Source: a virus. From it: a stretch of 64,000 nt of DNA. A model generated the notes under the pieces. It saw only the letters and a list, made by a program, of their open reading frames with translations. It was not told the DNA's origin and searched no databases. This document shows positions 63,625 through 64,000 of the stretch, piece by piece (the stretch's first letter is position 1; the number at the start of each line of letters is the position of its first letter). The DNA lies in the IMG/VR virus record IMGVR_UViG_3300028571_000830, positions 1 to 64,000 of that record; one strand, given 5' to 3'. The position numbers were made by a program, and so were the translations under genes.

Positions 63625-64000
63625 TTAAGGAAGGTATATAATATAATTAGTTGCCCATGCTGGCTGAAAATTTGGATGTGATAAACCACCACCTGCATTC
63701 TGTATATTTACAGATACACCATCTTGTGCAGAACTACTTTTACCTAAAGTTGGTGTTATAGTAGATAACATCATCTCATAATCTAAATCTGATCCAGGAA
63801 CAGCTCTAGCTCTTGCAACATTATTTGTAGCATTCACTACTTGTCCAATAGTTGAATTTACATCTGTAGTATACATGAAGTGTGTATGAGGAGTGACTGT
63901 TACAGTGTTTGTATGTGTGTGTGCAGGAATTTGTGTTGTAGTTAAAAGTACATTGTTTGTGCCATTCACTGAGTTTAATGTATACGTAGGATTACCAAAT
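63625..64000 (-). CDS. Tail collar/fibre protein C-terminus (gene extends beyond the window)
   Basis: Frame open to the window edge; LTTTQIPAHTH and GGGLSHPNFQP...NYII tail-collar pattern. Confidence 0.75.
   Translation of the reverse strand, partial: FGNPTYTLNSVNGTNNVLLTTTQIPAHTHTNTVTVTPHTHFMYTTDVNSTIGQVVNATNNVARARAVPGSDLDYEMMLSTITPTLGKSSSAQDGVSVNIQNAGGGLSHPNFQPAWATNYIIYLP

Noticed and set aside
1-64000. Stop-codon reassignment, known in some crAss-like phages
   Set aside because: Genes up to 13 kb are intact under code 11, and TAG/TGA terminate well-packed genes
1-64000. CRISPR array, tRNA genes or DGR
   Set aside because: No repeat-spacer periodicity, no cloverleaf seen in the short intergenic gaps, and no reverse transcriptase or TR/VR pair seen. 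Checked by eye only.

Overview
AT-rich (standard genetic code) segment of a lytic dsDNA phage genome with crAss-like (Crassvirales-related) features, most likely infecting a Bacteroidota host. This rests on the DFDID-type virion RNA polymerase, the crAss-type cargo and tail genes, and TAnnTTTG host promoters. Plus strand 1-6759 carries class II ribonucleotide reductase (partial), RecA with an HNH-type intein in its P-loop, dUTPase, an HNH nuclease, a GroES-like protein and a GT2-methyltransferase-GT2 cassette. It converges at a bidirectional terminator with a long minus-strand late region: small Lys-rich proteins, a ferritin/Dps-like gene, a lysis cassette, tail fibres, giant ejection/cargo proteins (2042, 4378, 871, 1120 aa), tail muzzle and ring proteins, an IHF-like protein, a metallophosphoesterase and an HNH endonuclease. 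The most notable candidate system is phage-encoded protein O-glycosylation of the virion. It comprises about six glycosyltransferase domains, including one resembling plant HPAT/SGT1 peptidyl O-glycosyltransferases and one resembling TibC/AAH autotransporter heptosyltransferases. These occur with at least seven proteins bearing mucin-like poly-Thr tracts and two fibres built of nearly proline-free (Gly-Thr-Ser)n collagen-like repeats. A 30-bp motif also recurs upstream of three late operons. All family assignments come from motif recognition by eye, not from database searches.
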